The translations under genes and the position numbers were made by a program. The notes beneath the pieces are model-generated. The model was not told the DNA's origin and did not search any database. It was given only the letters and a program-made list of their open reading frames with translations. Shown here piece by piece: positions 37,825-48,028 of a stretch of DNA of 64,000 nt; the stretch's first letter is position 1, and every line of letters begins with the position of its first letter. The DNA comes from a bacterium (lineage in GTDB: Bacteria; Patescibacteriota; Doudnabacteria; UBA920; VMFF01), in the NCBI GenBank assembly GCA_021811585.1, contig JAJZOG010000007.1, positions 57,459-121,458 on the forward strand. Direction: 5' to 3'.

Positions 37825-38065
37825 ATCCGGTTCTTGCTAAGCGGATAATTATGTTTAAAACAGGTAATCATGTTTAGTGGTCATCCGATACTAAGTATTC
37901 TTGGCGGTGTGCTTGGGTTAAGTGCCAAAGCTTTTGCCAAAGCTTTGAGAATATTATAAGGGAATTTTGGGAGTTTAGGAAAAGAGGTTTTTGAGGAGAA
38001 AGGGCCACGGTAGGGAAGTGTAAAATGAGACAAATGAGGCAGTCATAGGAAATTGGAATAGTACC

Positions 38066-38509
38066 TTATTGAGAGGATAAAATAGTCGATTCCAAGAATT
38101 GGATATAATCTTTGGGTAAGCCATGCTCTTTCCCTCCATCAATACAAAATTGAAGGTATTTTTTATTGATATGCAAATTATCATGAACAGCTTCGCTGTT
38201 TGCAATATATGTCGCGGCTTCCATAATATTTGTTCCGATGCTAACTTTTACAACATCTCTTATATAACCAATCTCAAATTCATCTAAAGTATTTAACTGA
38301 TCCTCGTCTAAATTAAAACAAACTCCGTAAACATGATTATCGTTATTTCCTGTGAATACAATATTTGCTTTGCCCGAGCCATCTTTAGCTAACTTATTAA
38401 AAGCAAGTTTATATTTTTTTAAAATAGCCCTTCCCAAACAGCCACATTTACCAATACGTTCCTCTAATCTTTTGGTAAGCATGTTTGAACCAAAAGCAAA
38501 ATAAATCAT
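38066..38509 (-). CDS. Gamma-glutamylcyclotransferase (AIG2/GGCT-like) family protein
   Basis: 'MIYFAFGSNMLTKRLEERI' N-terminal signature. Confidence 0.7.
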   Translation of the reverse strand: MIYFAFGSNMLTKRLEERIGKCGCLGRAILKKYKLAFNKLAKDGSGKANIVFTGNNDNHVYGVCFNLDEDQLNTLDEFEIGYIRDVVKVSIGTNIMEAATYIANSEAVHDNLHINKKYLQFCIDGGKEHGLPKDYIQFLESTILSSQ

Positions 38510-38559
38510 TAAGGTCTATTTACTGTTATATCAAAGGGTCTTCCGATACTAAATATTCT

Positions 38560-38653
38560 TGGCGGAGAGGGAGGGATTCGAACCCTCGATACAGGTATTA
38601 CCCCGTATACCGGTTTAGCAAACCAGCGCTTTCGGCCACTCAGCCACCTCTCC
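38560..38653 (-). tRNA. tRNA-Ser (anticodon GCU), long variable arm
   Basis: Reverse complement 'GGAGAGGTGGCTGAGTGGCCGAAAGCGCTGGTTTGCTAAACCGGTATACGGGGTAATACCTGTATCGAGGGTTCGAATCCCTCCCTCTCCGCCA'. Anticodon loop TTGCTAA. Confidence 0.75.
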
Positions 38654-38709
38654 GTGAGGCGCATCCGCGAACAAGTAACGGGCTTCTGCCGCGGCCGTTT
38701 AACTTTGGT

Positions 38710-38738
38710 ATTATATCCAAGTGGCTGGTTTTTTTCAA
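38710..38738 (-). promoter_or_regulatory. Sigma70-type promoter TTGAAA-17-TATAAT for tRNA-Ser(GCU)
   Basis: Minus-strand read 'TTGAAAaaaaccagccacttggaTATAAT', about 56 nt upstream of the tRNA 5' end. Confidence 0.45.
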
Positions 38739-38895
38739 TCGCATGTAGAGTTAACACCTGTAGAGTTAACGCATAGCATAAGGTGACACCTGTTAATTTT
38801 GACAGCGGCCAAAAGTTGCCAAGGCCAAGCGCACGCAAGGGCGCCATCGTCCGCTCATATTTAATCTCGCGCTTATCTTTAATCTCTCGCCATTT

Positions 38896-39699
38896 TTAAT
38901 CTCTTGCCAATGTCAGACAAATGATTTCTCGCGCGCCCGCTGAAAATAGTTGTGCGCAGCAGGCCTTCATGGTTGAACCGGTTGTAAAAACATCATCAAT
39001 TAAAATTATTTTTTCCGGCATTGGCTGAGACATCTCTCGAGCCATTTTTTCCGTCTTTTTCTTTGGCACAAAAATTGTTTTCCTTTGCGCGTGTTCGAGG
39101 CATGCAAACGGGGATTTCGCAAGGTTTGCGGCTCTTTGATCCTTGTTTAATTCCGCTTGCGCCGGGGTGTTTGCAATTTTGGAAAGCAGTGGAACAGTGC
39201 TCGCACCAAATTCGGCTGCAATGGTATTTGCCAGAATTTGGGATTGGTTAAACCCCCGAACGTTTTGCCTGCGCGAATGCATGGGCACGAAAGTTATTTG
39301 ATATTTTGGAAAGTTTATGGGGGGATTAACCCGGCATGCAAATTCCGCTAAAATTTTCGCGCAAATTTTTCCTGCTTCGGCAATTTGTTCATATTTGAAA
39401 GCGTGGATGAGTTTGGCGATTGAGGCGTATTCGCAAGCTGATAAAAATCGGCAGGGCGCCGGCGATTGTATTGCCAGGCGGCAGGCCTGATGCGTGAAAC
39501 CGTTTTCGCTTTCCTTGCGGCAGACAAAACAGATTTGCCGCGCAAATTGTATTTCGGCAATGCAAAGCCCGCAAAAAACAGGCCCTTCTGCGCCGCATCT
39601 GGCGCAATGCGAAGGAAAAAGGCAGGAATCCAGCCAATTCCAGGCGCGCTTAAAAACATGCTTTATTTCGGCAATGGTTTCGGACATAAAAAATCCCAT
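38896..39699 (-). CDS. comF: ComF-family protein (double zinc ribbon + phosphoribosyltransferase domain)
   Basis: N-terminal Cys pairs 'CARCG...CGLC' and 'CFVCRK...HQAC'; PRTase motif 'IILIDDVFTTGSTMKAC'. Confidence 0.75.
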   Translation of the reverse strand: MGFFMSETIAEIKHVFKRAWNWLDSCLFPSHCARCGAEGPVFCGLCIAEIQFARQICFVCRKESENGFTHQACRLAIQSPAPCRFLSACEYASIAKLIHAFKYEQIAEAGKICAKILAEFACRVNPPINFPKYQITFVPMHSRRQNVRGFNQSQILANTIAAEFGASTVPLLSKIANTPAQAELNKDQRAANLAKSPFACLEHAQRKTIFVPKKKTEKMAREMSQPMPEKIILIDDVFTTGSTMKACCAQLFSAGAREIICLTLARD

Positions 39700-39797
39700 A
39701 AGTTTTTACTATTTATACTCTTATGGGATTAAAAAACTGTTAAATTTCGCGGCAAACCTAAATTTTTCGGCAGCGCGTAAATTTTTCGGCAGCGCGG

Positions 39798-42350
39798 TCA
39801 TGCCACGGCTTTTACAACTTTTTTGATATTAATTCCTTTTTTATCGGCATCAATCCTTATGGTGTCGCCGGTTTTAATTTCGCCGGAAATTAATTTTTCA
39901 GCCAAAGGATCTTCCACGTGTTCCTGAATGTTTTTGCGCACCAGCCGCGCTCCTTGCGAAGGGTCAAAACTTTGGTCTGAAACATATTTTACGGCTCCGG
40001 GCGTGTACTGCAGGTTCAGTCCTTGCGCAGAGCGCAAATGCCCTGCCAGTTCGCTGATCTGGAGTTCTGTAATGGATTCAAGTTCTTTCATTCCCAAAGG
40101 CCTGAAGACCAGGGTTTTATCTATTCTATTGATAAATTCAGGGCGGTATTGCTCTTTTAATGATTGTAAAACCCGTTCTTTGATTTTTTCATAGTTTTTC
40201 TCGGTTTTAGCGACTTCTTTTTGATCGCCGTCTGCTTCGGCAAAGCCGATTTTGTTTGCCTGGCGGTTCAAGTCCGAAACACCGAGATTCGAGGTCATGA
40301 TGATTATGGTGTTTTTGAAATTCACTTTTTTGCCGGCAGCATCCGTAAGATAGCCGTCTTCGAGAATTTGCAAAAGCACATTGAAAACGTCCGGATGCGC
40401 TTTTTCCATCTCGTCGAAAAGCACCACTGAGTACGGTTTTCTGCGCACCGCTTCGGTGAGCCGTCCGCCTTCTTCATAGCCGACATATCCCGCGGGCGCA
40501 CCGATTAAGCGGGCGACATTGTGCTTTTCCATGAATTCTGACATGTCCACGCGGATAAGCGCGTTTTCATCTTCAAAAACTTCGCGCGCAAGGACTTTTG
40601 CGGTTTCGGTTTTGCCCACGCCCGTTGGCCCGAGGAAAATGAAAGAGCCCAGCGGCCGCTTTGGCGAAGTGACGCCCGCGCGCGAGCGGCGGATTGATTT
40701 TGCGATCGTGGAAACAACGTCGTCTTGTCCGATAATTTTCGATTTCAATATTTTTTCCAGATTTGCCAGTTTAAGCGCTTCGGTTTTTACCAGCTTGTTC
40801 AGCGGGATTTTTGTAATTGATGAAACTGTTTTGGCAATATCCGCAGCGGCGATTTCGCGTTTTTCCTTGGTATCCGTATAAGCCAGGGTTTTGCGCAAAT
40901 CATTCATTTGCTTTTGCAGCTTGTCGCCTTGGATGCGCAGATGGTCTGCGGTTATGAAATCCTGGGAAAGGACTGCTTTGGTTTTCTCGTCTTCCAAATC
41001 CGACATTTCCTGCTCAATCCTCTTGATTGTGCGCGATGTTTTGGAATCGTAATTGATTGTTTTAAGATATGCCGCGGTCTCGTCTATTAAATCCACCGCT
41101 TTGTCCGGCAAAAACCTGTCTTGAATATATCTTGCGGAAAGTTCAACCGCTGCTTTTATGGCTTCGTCGGAGATTTTAATTTTATGGTGCTTTTCGTAAT
41201 TCGGGCGCAGGCCTTGCAGAATGGCAACAGCTTCCTCCTGCGTTGGTTCTTCAACTATAATGGGCTGAAAACGGCGTTCCAGTGCCGCATCGTGCTCAAT
41301 GTGTTTTTTGTATTCCGCCAAAGTTGTTGCGCCGATTGCGCGGAGTTCGCCGCGCGCCAACGACGGCTTCAGAATATTGGCGGCATCCAAAGAGCCGGTT
41401 GTGGCTCCGGCGCCGACCACAGTATGCAATTCGTCTATAAAGAGGATTATTTTGGGATTGTCTTTTATTTCGTCTATGATTTGCTTCAGGCGGCTTTCGA
41501 ATTCTCCGCGGAACATTGAGCCGGCGACAATCAGCGCCAAATCCAATGCCAGGATTTTTTTATCCAAAAGCGATTCCGGCACTTCATGCTTGACGATTGC
41601 CAAGGCAAGCCCTTCCACGATCGCTGTTTTGCCAACGCCAGGTTCGCCGATCAGCACCGGATTGTTTTTCGTGCGCCTGTTTAAAATGCTTATCATCCTT
41701 TCCAGTTCTTTTTTTCTGCCGATAACAGGATCTATTTTCCCCGCTGCCGCGCGCTTGGTTAAATCGGTTGTGAAATAATCCAGGGCAGAGGTCTTAAAAC
41801 CAGCGCCGCCGGGCATGCGCTCTTCCTGCTGGAAATTGTTGAAATTGCCGCGCCCTGTCGGTGCCATTCCGTTTTCATCCATAAGGTTCGGGAACCTTGC
41901 CATGTTTTCAAACACTGCTGTTAAATTATTTTTAAGCCCTATCATATCAATGCCAAGCTTTGAGAGGATGACTTTGGCGCGATTGGTATTCATGTCCAGG
42001 ATGCCGTGCAGGAAATGCTCTGTGCCGATAAATTGGTATTGGTATTTGCTGGCAATGACAGCGGATTTTTCTATGGTTTGCTTGAGGTTTTCCGAAAGCA
42101 CGGGTTTCCAGCGCTCGGCAATGTGGTTTTGGTTCACTTTTTCGAGCTCGTCGCGCATGATGTTTAAATTTATATTATTTTTGAGCAGCACCTCAGCCGC
42201 AAAAGAGCTTTTTTCTGATATAATTCCATAGAGTAGGTGCTCTGTGCCGATATGGTCGTGCTTTAATTGTTCGGAAATAAGCTGCGCCGAAATTAGCGCG
42301 TTTTTCGCGCGGGTTGACAGCCGTTCTAGAATGAAAGCGAAATTGTTCAT
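39798..42350 (-). CDS. clpC: Clp/Hsp100 AAA+ chaperone, ClpC-type (two Clp-N repeats, two AAA+ modules)
   Basis: 'GEPGVGKTAIVEGLA', 'LFIDELHTVVGAG', 'FLGPTGVGKTETAKVLA' and 'VVLFDEMEKAHPDVFNVLLQILEDG'. Confidence 0.8.
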   Translation of the reverse strand: MNNFAFILERLSTRAKNALISAQLISEQLKHDHIGTEHLLYGIISEKSSFAAEVLLKNNINLNIMRDELEKVNQNHIAERWKPVLSENLKQTIEKSAVIASKYQYQFIGTEHFLHGILDMNTNRAKVILSKLGIDMIGLKNNLTAVFENMARFPNLMDENGMAPTGRGNFNNFQQEERMPGGAGFKTSALDYFTTDLTKRAAAGKIDPVIGRKKELERMISILNRRTKNNPVLIGEPGVGKTAIVEGLALAIVKHEVPESLLDKKILALDLALIVAGSMFRGEFESRLKQIIDEIKDNPKIILFIDELHTVVGAGATTGSLDAANILKPSLARGELRAIGATTLAEYKKHIEHDAALERRFQPIIVEEPTQEEAVAILQGLRPNYEKHHKIKISDEAIKAAVELSARYIQDRFLPDKAVDLIDETAAYLKTINYDSKTSRTIKRIEQEMSDLEDEKTKAVLSQDFITADHLRIQGDKLQKQMNDLRKTLAYTDTKEKREIAAADIAKTVSSITKIPLNKLVKTEALKLANLEKILKSKIIGQDDVVSTIAKSIRRSRAGVTSPKRPLGSFIFLGPTGVGKTETAKVLAREVFEDENALIRVDMSEFMEKHNVARLIGAPAGYVGYEEGGRLTEAVRRKPYSVVLFDEMEKAHPDVFNVLLQILEDGYLTDAAGKKVNFKNTIIIMTSNLGVSDLNRQANKIGFAEADGDQKEVAKTEKNYEKIKERVLQSLKEQYRPEFINRIDKTLVFRPLGMKELESITELQISELAGHLRSAQGLNLQYTPGAVKYVSDQSFDPSQGARLVRKNIQEHVEDPLAEKLISGEIKTGDTIRIDADKKGINIKKVVKAVA

Positions 42351-42456
42351 TTGTGATTTGGCAGTTATGGTTTATGAGTTCGTTTTTTTGCGCCCTCAAT
42401 TAATATAATTATAATGAATTTTATACCGAAGCCAGGCGGCTGTCAAAGGCAAAACC

Positions 42457-43017
42457 ATGCCGAAAATTAAAAAATTTAAAGGAAAGTTAAGAAATATTTC
42501 ATGCCAGGATTATGCATTGCGTTTGGTGTCTGAAAGGATGCTTGGCAGCGGCAATTTATCCGAAAAATTGAAGCGAAAAGGGTATGCCGAGGATGAAATT
42601 TTGGCGGTAGTTAACAGGTTAACAGAATTGGGTTATTTGGATGATCGGCAGTATGCACAAATTTATTTTGAAAATCTGCTGAAATATAGAAATTTTGGAT
42701 ACTATGGTGTAAAAAAGAAATTGTTGCAAAAGCGGCTGCCGGCTTTGCTTGTGGACGAGCTTTTGCGCGGCTTTTCTATTGCGCGCGAATTGCAAATCGC
42801 GCGGCGGGTATTTGAGGCCTCGCGCTTGGGCGCTTCGGGTGCTTCGGGAGCTTCGGGCGCTTCGTATTTGCGCGGCGCACGCGGCCGCGGAGCTTTTGGT
42901 GCTGCCGGTTCTTCCGGTTCTTCCGCTGTTTTGCGGCAAGAAAAAACCGCGAGATCTTTGCGTTCGCGCGGCTTCAGGAGCGAGGTGATCGTAAAAATTC
43001 TATCCCAAATCCATTGA
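42457..43017 (+). CDS. recX: RecX-family regulatory protein
   Basis: 'YALRLVSERMLGSGNLSEKLKRKGY' typical RecX helical repeats; (ASG)n low-complexity insert. Confidence 0.65.
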   Translation: MPKIKKFKGKLRNISCQDYALRLVSERMLGSGNLSEKLKRKGYAEDEILAVVNRLTELGYLDDRQYAQIYFENLLKYRNFGYYGVKKKLLQKRLPALLVDELLRGFSIARELQIARRVFEASRLGASGASGASGASYLRGARGRGAFGAAGSSGSSAVLRQEKTARSLRSRGFRSEVIVKILSQIH

Positions 43018-43971
43018 GCGCAGGCGCCTTATTCTTTCTTCTATCGGCGGGTGCGTATCAAAAAGCCCGGCGAAAATTCCGCGCGATTTTCCCGCGCGGT
43101 CCTGGAGCGGGTTGGATATGTATAAATGGGCTGTTGCTTTGTTGGCTTCGCGGAGCGGCATTTGGTTTGCTTGAATTTTTTCAAGCGCCGAGGCCAGGCC
43201 TTCGGGATAGCGCGTAAGCAGTGCGCCGGATGCGTCGGCCAAATATTCGCGCTTGCGCGAGATGGCCAGCTGTATGATCGTGGCGATAATGGGCGAGAGG
43301 ATTGCCAGCGCGATTCCGATTATCAGGAAAATAATTTGTATTTGCCCGCCTTCGCCGTCATTGGAGCGCCTTGCGCCGCCGAAAAAAGTGAAGCGCAAAA
43401 ACCAATCGGCAAGCAAAGTTATGAGCCCCGCAAGCACGACGATAATTGTGGAAAGGCGGATATCGTAATTTCCGACGTGCGACATTTCGTGGGCAATAAC
43501 TCCTTCCAATTCTTGTTTGTTGGTGTTTGCAAGTAGGCCCGATGTCACGCAGATTACGGCATGATTCGGATCGCGCCCGGTTGCAAAGGCGTTCATGGCG
43601 CGGTCTTCTATTATATATATGGATGGCGTCGGCAGGCCCGCGGTGATGGCAAGGTTTTCAACTGTCCTGTAAAGTTCCTGGTTGGCTTCGCGCGTCACCG
43701 GTTTTGCTTGCGAAATCGCAAGCGTGATTTTGTCGCTGTAAAAATAGCTTAAAAGCGCGGTAATGACGCTGAAGAGAACCGCGAAAACCAAAATGCCGGG
43801 ATTGTTAAGCGCCACATTGAAAAAATATCCGAGCGCGATTATAAAAACCAAAAATAAAGTTATAAAAAGCGCTGTCTTGCGCTTGTTCGAAGCAATCTCA
43901 GTATAAATGAGCATTGATTTTACAACCCTGTTGAATTTTGGCTGCTGCTGCGGTTGGGGATTGGTTTCCAT
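43000..43971 (-). CDS. htpX: Zinc metalloprotease HtpX (M48 family)
   Basis: 'AHEMSHVGNYD' HExxH motif; 4 TM helices; C-terminal 'FDTHPPIEERIRRL'. Confidence 0.8.
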   Translation of the reverse strand: METNPQPQQQPKFNRVVKSMLIYTEIASNKRKTALFITLFLVFIIALGYFFNVALNNPGILVFAVLFSVITALLSYFYSDKITLAISQAKPVTREANQELYRTVENLAITAGLPTPSIYIIEDRAMNAFATGRDPNHAVICVTSGLLANTNKQELEGVIAHEMSHVGNYDIRLSTIIVVLAGLITLLADWFLRFTFFGGARRSNDGEGGQIQIIFLIIGIALAILSPIIATIIQLAISRKREYLADASGALLTRYPEGLASALEKIQANQMPLREANKATAHLYISNPLQDRAGKSRGIFAGLFDTHPPIEERIRRLRSMDLG

Positions 43972-44007
43972 GGCTTAAAATTAACTTGGGTTTAAATTAG
44001 TTTTACC

Positions 44008-44550
44008 TTAAAAACTAACTTGCGGCACGGCTTTATCGGTTTCTTCGGTTCCAAAAAAATCGCGCTTGCCAAAACCGAGCATTTTGGCAATCACATTTCC
44101 CGGGAATTCCTGAATTTTAATATTATAATCGCGCGCGTTGCTGTTATAAAATCTGCGCGCCGCCTGGATTTTATCTTCCGTATCGGTAAGATCGCTTTGC
44201 AGCTGTTGAAAATTTTGGCTCGCTTTTAATTCCGGATAATTTTCCGCGACAGCAAAAATTCCCATTATTGATTTGCTGAGGTTGTCTTCGGCCTTTTGTT
44301 TTGCGGCCAGGCCCTGTGCGGCTTCTGCCTGCGCCCGCGCTTCGGTAACGTTTTGGAAAACGGTTTTTTCATGGGTCGCGTATCCTTGAACGGTTGCTAC
44401 GAGGTTCGGTATAAGATCGTGCCTGCGCTTAAGCTGGACATCAATATCGCTCCAGGCCTCATCCACGCGGTTTTTGGATTTAACCAAAGAATTGAACAGC
44501 CCTATTGCCAGCAGCAGTATTACGGCGATTATTATTATGGTTATGAGCAT
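44008..44550 (-). CDS. LemA-family protein
   Basis: N-terminal TM plus 'NSLVKSKNRVDEAWSDIDVQLKRRHDLIPNLV' signature. Confidence 0.75.
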   Translation of the reverse strand: MLITIIIIAVILLLAIGLFNSLVKSKNRVDEAWSDIDVQLKRRHDLIPNLVATVQGYATHEKTVFQNVTEARAQAEAAQGLAAKQKAEDNLSKSIMGIFAVAENYPELKASQNFQQLQSDLTDTEDKIQAARRFYNSNARDYNIKIQEFPGNVIAKMLGFGKRDFFGTEETDKAVPQVSF

Positions 44551-44658
44551 TGTTTTCCTTTTCAGCCGGCTTGGCGCCTGAACAAATATGCCTTTTGCCG
44601 ATCTTTATTTTTTAAGTCCTTTATATTATAATACCAATAGAAATATTTTGAAAGAATC

Positions 44659-44940
44659 ATGTTGACCAGAGATGAAGTCAAAAAAATCGCCCGCCTTTGC
44701 AGAATAGAGCTTTCGCCCGCGGAAATAGAAAAGTTCCAAAAGGAACTTTCTGTTATTTTGGATTACGTTTCAGAGCTGAAGAAAGTTGAAACATCCGGCG
44801 TTGTCGAAATTTCGCAGGTCACGGGTTTGGAAAACGTCCTGCGCGAGGATGCGCCGCGCTATTCGGATTTGCGGCAGGCGATTATCGCGAATTTCCCGGA
44901 AAGCCGCGAAGGGTTTTTGAAAATTAGGAATATTTTATAG
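44659..44940 (+). CDS. gatC: Asp-tRNA(Asn)/Glu-tRNA(Gln) amidotransferase subunit C
   Basis: 93 aa, 'LTRDEVKKIARLCRIELSPAEIEKF...ILDYV', immediately upstream of gatA. Confidence 0.8.
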   Translation: MLTRDEVKKIARLCRIELSPAEIEKFQKELSVILDYVSELKKVETSGVVEISQVTGLENVLREDAPRYSDLRQAIIANFPESREGFLKIRNIL

Positions 44941-44952
44941 GTTTTACGCAAC

Positions 44953-46494
44953 ATGGACGCATCTTTTTCGGAAATATCCGAACTTCATGAAAAATTAAAG
45001 AACAAGGAAATATCTTCGGTAGAATTGACGGAGTATTTTTTGCAGAGAATCAAGAAGCATAATCCGCAAATTAATGCGTACTTAACCGTCACCGAAGACG
45101 CCGCGCTTGAAGAGGCGAAAGAAGCGGATAAAATTATCGCGCGCAGGGGAAAAATTTCGGTTTTTACGGGCATCCCTTTTGGCATAAAGGATTTGTTTTG
45201 CACGAAAGGAATCCGCACCACAGCATCGTCAAAAATTTTGGAAAATTATGTTCCGCCTTTTGACGCCACATCTGTGCAAAAAATGCGCGCCGAAAATGCG
45301 ATTATACTCGGCAAAACAAACCTCGATGAATTCGCGCACGGATCTTCCACCGAGACCTCGGCGTTCGGCGAGAGCAAAAATCCGTGGGACACCTCGCGCA
45401 TACCCGGCGGCTCGTCCGGGGGCTCTGCGGCAGCGGTTGCCGCCGGCCTTGCCCCATTGGCATTGGCCACGGAAACCGGCGGTTCAATCCGACAGCCATC
45501 CAGCTTGTGCGGGGTTTCGGGCTGGAAGCCGACTTACGGGCGTGTCTCGCGCTATGGCGTAATTTCGATGACATCGTCGAATGACAGCATCGGCGCAATC
45601 GGCAGAAGCGTCCGCGATTTGGCGCTCACGGCGGAAGTGATGTCCGGCCGCGATGAAAAAGACGCCACAACAGGCAACCGCGAAGTGCCGCAATACAGCG
45701 CGAATTTGCGTACGAATTTGAAAGGCATGAAAATTGGCGTACCCGCGGAATATTTTATCGACGGCATGGAGGATGACGTGAAAAAGCGCGTCCTGGACGC
45801 AATTGAAGAATTGCGCAAGCTGGGCGCGGAAATTATTGATGTTTCGCTGCCGCTCACAAAATACGGCTCGCTTGTTTATGCGATTGTCACGCCTTCGGAA
45901 ATCTCATCGAACCTTTCGCGCTTTGACGGCATCCGCTATGGGCACCAGGCGAAAGATGCGCGCGATCTCGCGGAAATTTATTCGAAAACCCGCGCTCAGG
46001 GCTTTGGCGATGAAGCCAAGCGCCGCATCATGACAGGGACGTATGCGCTTTCAGCCGGCTACTACGAAGCATATTATTTGAAAGCGCAGAAAGTGCGCCG
46101 GCTGCTGGTGGATGAATTTAATAATGTTTTTGAAAAAGTCGATTGCCTGGTTTGCGCGTCTTCCCCGAATGTCGCGCCAAAAATTGGCGCCGCGAAAGAT
46201 AATCCGCTTTTCGGATATATTGCAGATCAGCTGAATATTCCCGCGGCAATGGCAGGCCTGCCTGCGCTTAGCGTGCCGTGCGGGTTTGGTGCCGCGCGTG
46301 ACGGCGCGGATGGCGGAGCTTCCTCTTCTGTTGCCGGCGTGCAGATGCCCGTTGGCCTGCAGATAATCGGCCCGCAATGGGGCGAGCAGAAAATTTTTGA
46401 TGCCGGCCACGCTTATCAAACAGTAACGGATTGGCACAAGAAAATGCCTCCGGATTTTGTCCCGGCTTCTCCGTTGCCGGGTAAAAGGAAATAA
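44953..46494 (+). CDS. gatA: Glutamyl-tRNA(Gln) amidotransferase subunit A
   Basis: Amidase signature 'GGSSGGSAAAVAAGL...GGSIRQPSSLCGVSGWKPTYGRVSRYG'. Confidence 0.9.
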   Translation: MDASFSEISELHEKLKNKEISSVELTEYFLQRIKKHNPQINAYLTVTEDAALEEAKEADKIIARRGKISVFTGIPFGIKDLFCTKGIRTTASSKILENYVPPFDATSVQKMRAENAIILGKTNLDEFAHGSSTETSAFGESKNPWDTSRIPGGSSGGSAAAVAAGLAPLALATETGGSIRQPSSLCGVSGWKPTYGRVSRYGVISMTSSNDSIGAIGRSVRDLALTAEVMSGRDEKDATTGNREVPQYSANLRTNLKGMKIGVPAEYFIDGMEDDVKKRVLDAIEELRKLGAEIIDVSLPLTKYGSLVYAIVTPSEISSNLSRFDGIRYGHQAKDARDLAEIYSKTRAQGFGDEAKRRIMTGTYALSAGYYEAYYLKAQKVRRLLVDEFNNVFEKVDCLVCASSPNVAPKIGAAKDNPLFGYIADQLNIPAAMAGLPALSVPCGFGAARDGADGGASSSVAGVQMPVGLQIIGPQWGEQKIFDAGHAYQTVTDWHKKMPPDFVPASPLPGKRK

Positions 46495-46495
46495 T

Positions 46496-47998
46496 ATGGC
46501 GGAAAATTTAAAACCATCAAGCGGATATGCTCCGGTCATCGGCCTTGAAATTCACGTCCAGCTTAAAACTAAAAGCAAAATGTTCTGCGATTCGCCGAAC
46601 AATCCGGATGAAACCGCGCCGAACAAAAATATTTGCGAAATTTGCACCGGCCAGCCGGGCACTTTGCCTGTGGCAAACCGGGAGGCCGTGCGCCTTGCGG
46701 TAATTGTCGGCCAGGCGCTGAATTGCCGGATTGAGGAGTATTCCAAATTCGACCGCAAAAATTATTTTTATCCCGATTTGCCGAAAGGATACCAGATTTC
46801 CCAATACGACCGGCCGATCGCGCAAAACGGATATTTGGATATTGAAGTGCCTGGCGAAAACGGCGGGAGCGCAAGCAAGCGCATCCGCATCCGCCGCGCG
46901 CATCTTGAAGAAGATGCGGGAAAAAATATCCATCCCGAAGGCGCGGATTATTCGCTTGTGGATTTCAACCGCGCCGGCACGCCGCTTTTGGAAATCGTCA
47001 CCGAGCCGGACATTGCATCCGCAAAAGAAGCGAAAATATTTTTACAGGAATTGCGCAATATTATCCGCTATATCGGCGCAGGCAGCGCGGACATGGAAAA
47101 AGGAACAATGCGCCTGGAGCCGAACATTTCCGTGCGCAAACCCGGCCAGCTGGAACTGCCCGCATATAAAGTGGAGGTCAAGAACATCAATTCCTTCCGC
47201 TTTGCGGAAAGCGCCATTGAATATGAAATTGCCCGCCAGGCGGAAATTTTAAAAGAAGGCGGCATGCCCAAGCAGGTGACAATGGGCTGGAACGAAAAAG
47301 CGGGGCAGACAATGGAACAGCGCGAGAAAGAAGAGGCGAATGATTACCGCTATTTTCCGGAGCCGGATTTGCCTATTCTGCATTTCTCGAAAGAATATCT
47401 GGAAGAAGCCCTTGCAAGCATTCCGGAATTGCCGGCGCAAAAGCGCGCGCGCTTCAAAAGGGAATACGGATTGCCGGATGCCGACATCCGCAATTTAACG
47501 GAGTGGAAAGAATTGACGGAATTTTTTGAGGAAGCCATTTCGGAATTGGATGAATTAGCCGGCAAGGCGCTTCCTTTAAAATTCGCGAAAATGGCGGCAA
47601 ACTGGTGCCTTCAGGATTTTTCCGCGCTTCTTAACGCCGCGAAAATAAATCCGTTGGAATCAAAAGTTACGCCGCATAATTTCGCGGAGCTTATCAAATT
47701 AATAGAGCAGTCCAAAATAAGCGCCACAGCAGGCAAGCAGGTTTTGGCGAAAATGTTTGAGTTGGGCGGCGAACCTTCGCGCATCATGGAAGATTTGGGG
47801 CTTGCGCAAGTGAGCGACGCCGCAGTGATAGAACAAGCAATTAATAAGGTGGTTTCCGAGAACGCCAAAGCAGTTGCCGATTACAAAGCAGGCCTCCAAA
47901 AATCTTTCGGGTTTTTAGTGGGCATGGCCATGAAAGAGCTTAAGGGCAAAGGCAACCCGCAGGTAGTCAATGATCTGTTAAAGAAAAAGTTGGAATAA
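46496..47998 (+). CDS. gatB: Asp-tRNA(Asn)/Glu-tRNA(Gln) amidotransferase subunit B
   Basis: 'VIGLEIHVQL', 'CEICTGQPGTLP', 'FDRKNYFYPDLPKGYQISQ' and C-terminal GatB/YqeY domain; ATG 1 nt after the gatA stop. Confidence 0.9.
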   Translation: MAENLKPSSGYAPVIGLEIHVQLKTKSKMFCDSPNNPDETAPNKNICEICTGQPGTLPVANREAVRLAVIVGQALNCRIEEYSKFDRKNYFYPDLPKGYQISQYDRPIAQNGYLDIEVPGENGGSASKRIRIRRAHLEEDAGKNIHPEGADYSLVDFNRAGTPLLEIVTEPDIASAKEAKIFLQELRNIIRYIGAGSADMEKGTMRLEPNISVRKPGQLELPAYKVEVKNINSFRFAESAIEYEIARQAEILKEGGMPKQVTMGWNEKAGQTMEQREKEEANDYRYFPEPDLPILHFSKEYLEEALASIPELPAQKRARFKREYGLPDADIRNLTEWKELTEFFEEAISELDELAGKALPLKFAKMAANWCLQDFSALLNAAKINPLESKVTPHNFAELIKLIEQSKISATAGKQVLAKMFELGGEPSRIMEDLGLAQVSDAAVIEQAINKVVSENAKAVADYKAGLQKSFGFLVGMAMKELKGKGNPQVVNDLLKKKLE

Positions 47999-48028
47999 AA
48001 TTTGGAATAATAATTAAGAATAAAAAAT

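Noticed and set aside
37975-38205. 76-aa minus-strand ORF in the GGCT / PAP2 intergenic region
   Set aside because: It overlaps the 3' end of the GGCT gene and the att-like repeat, and has no RBS. More likely non-coding island-boundary sequence.
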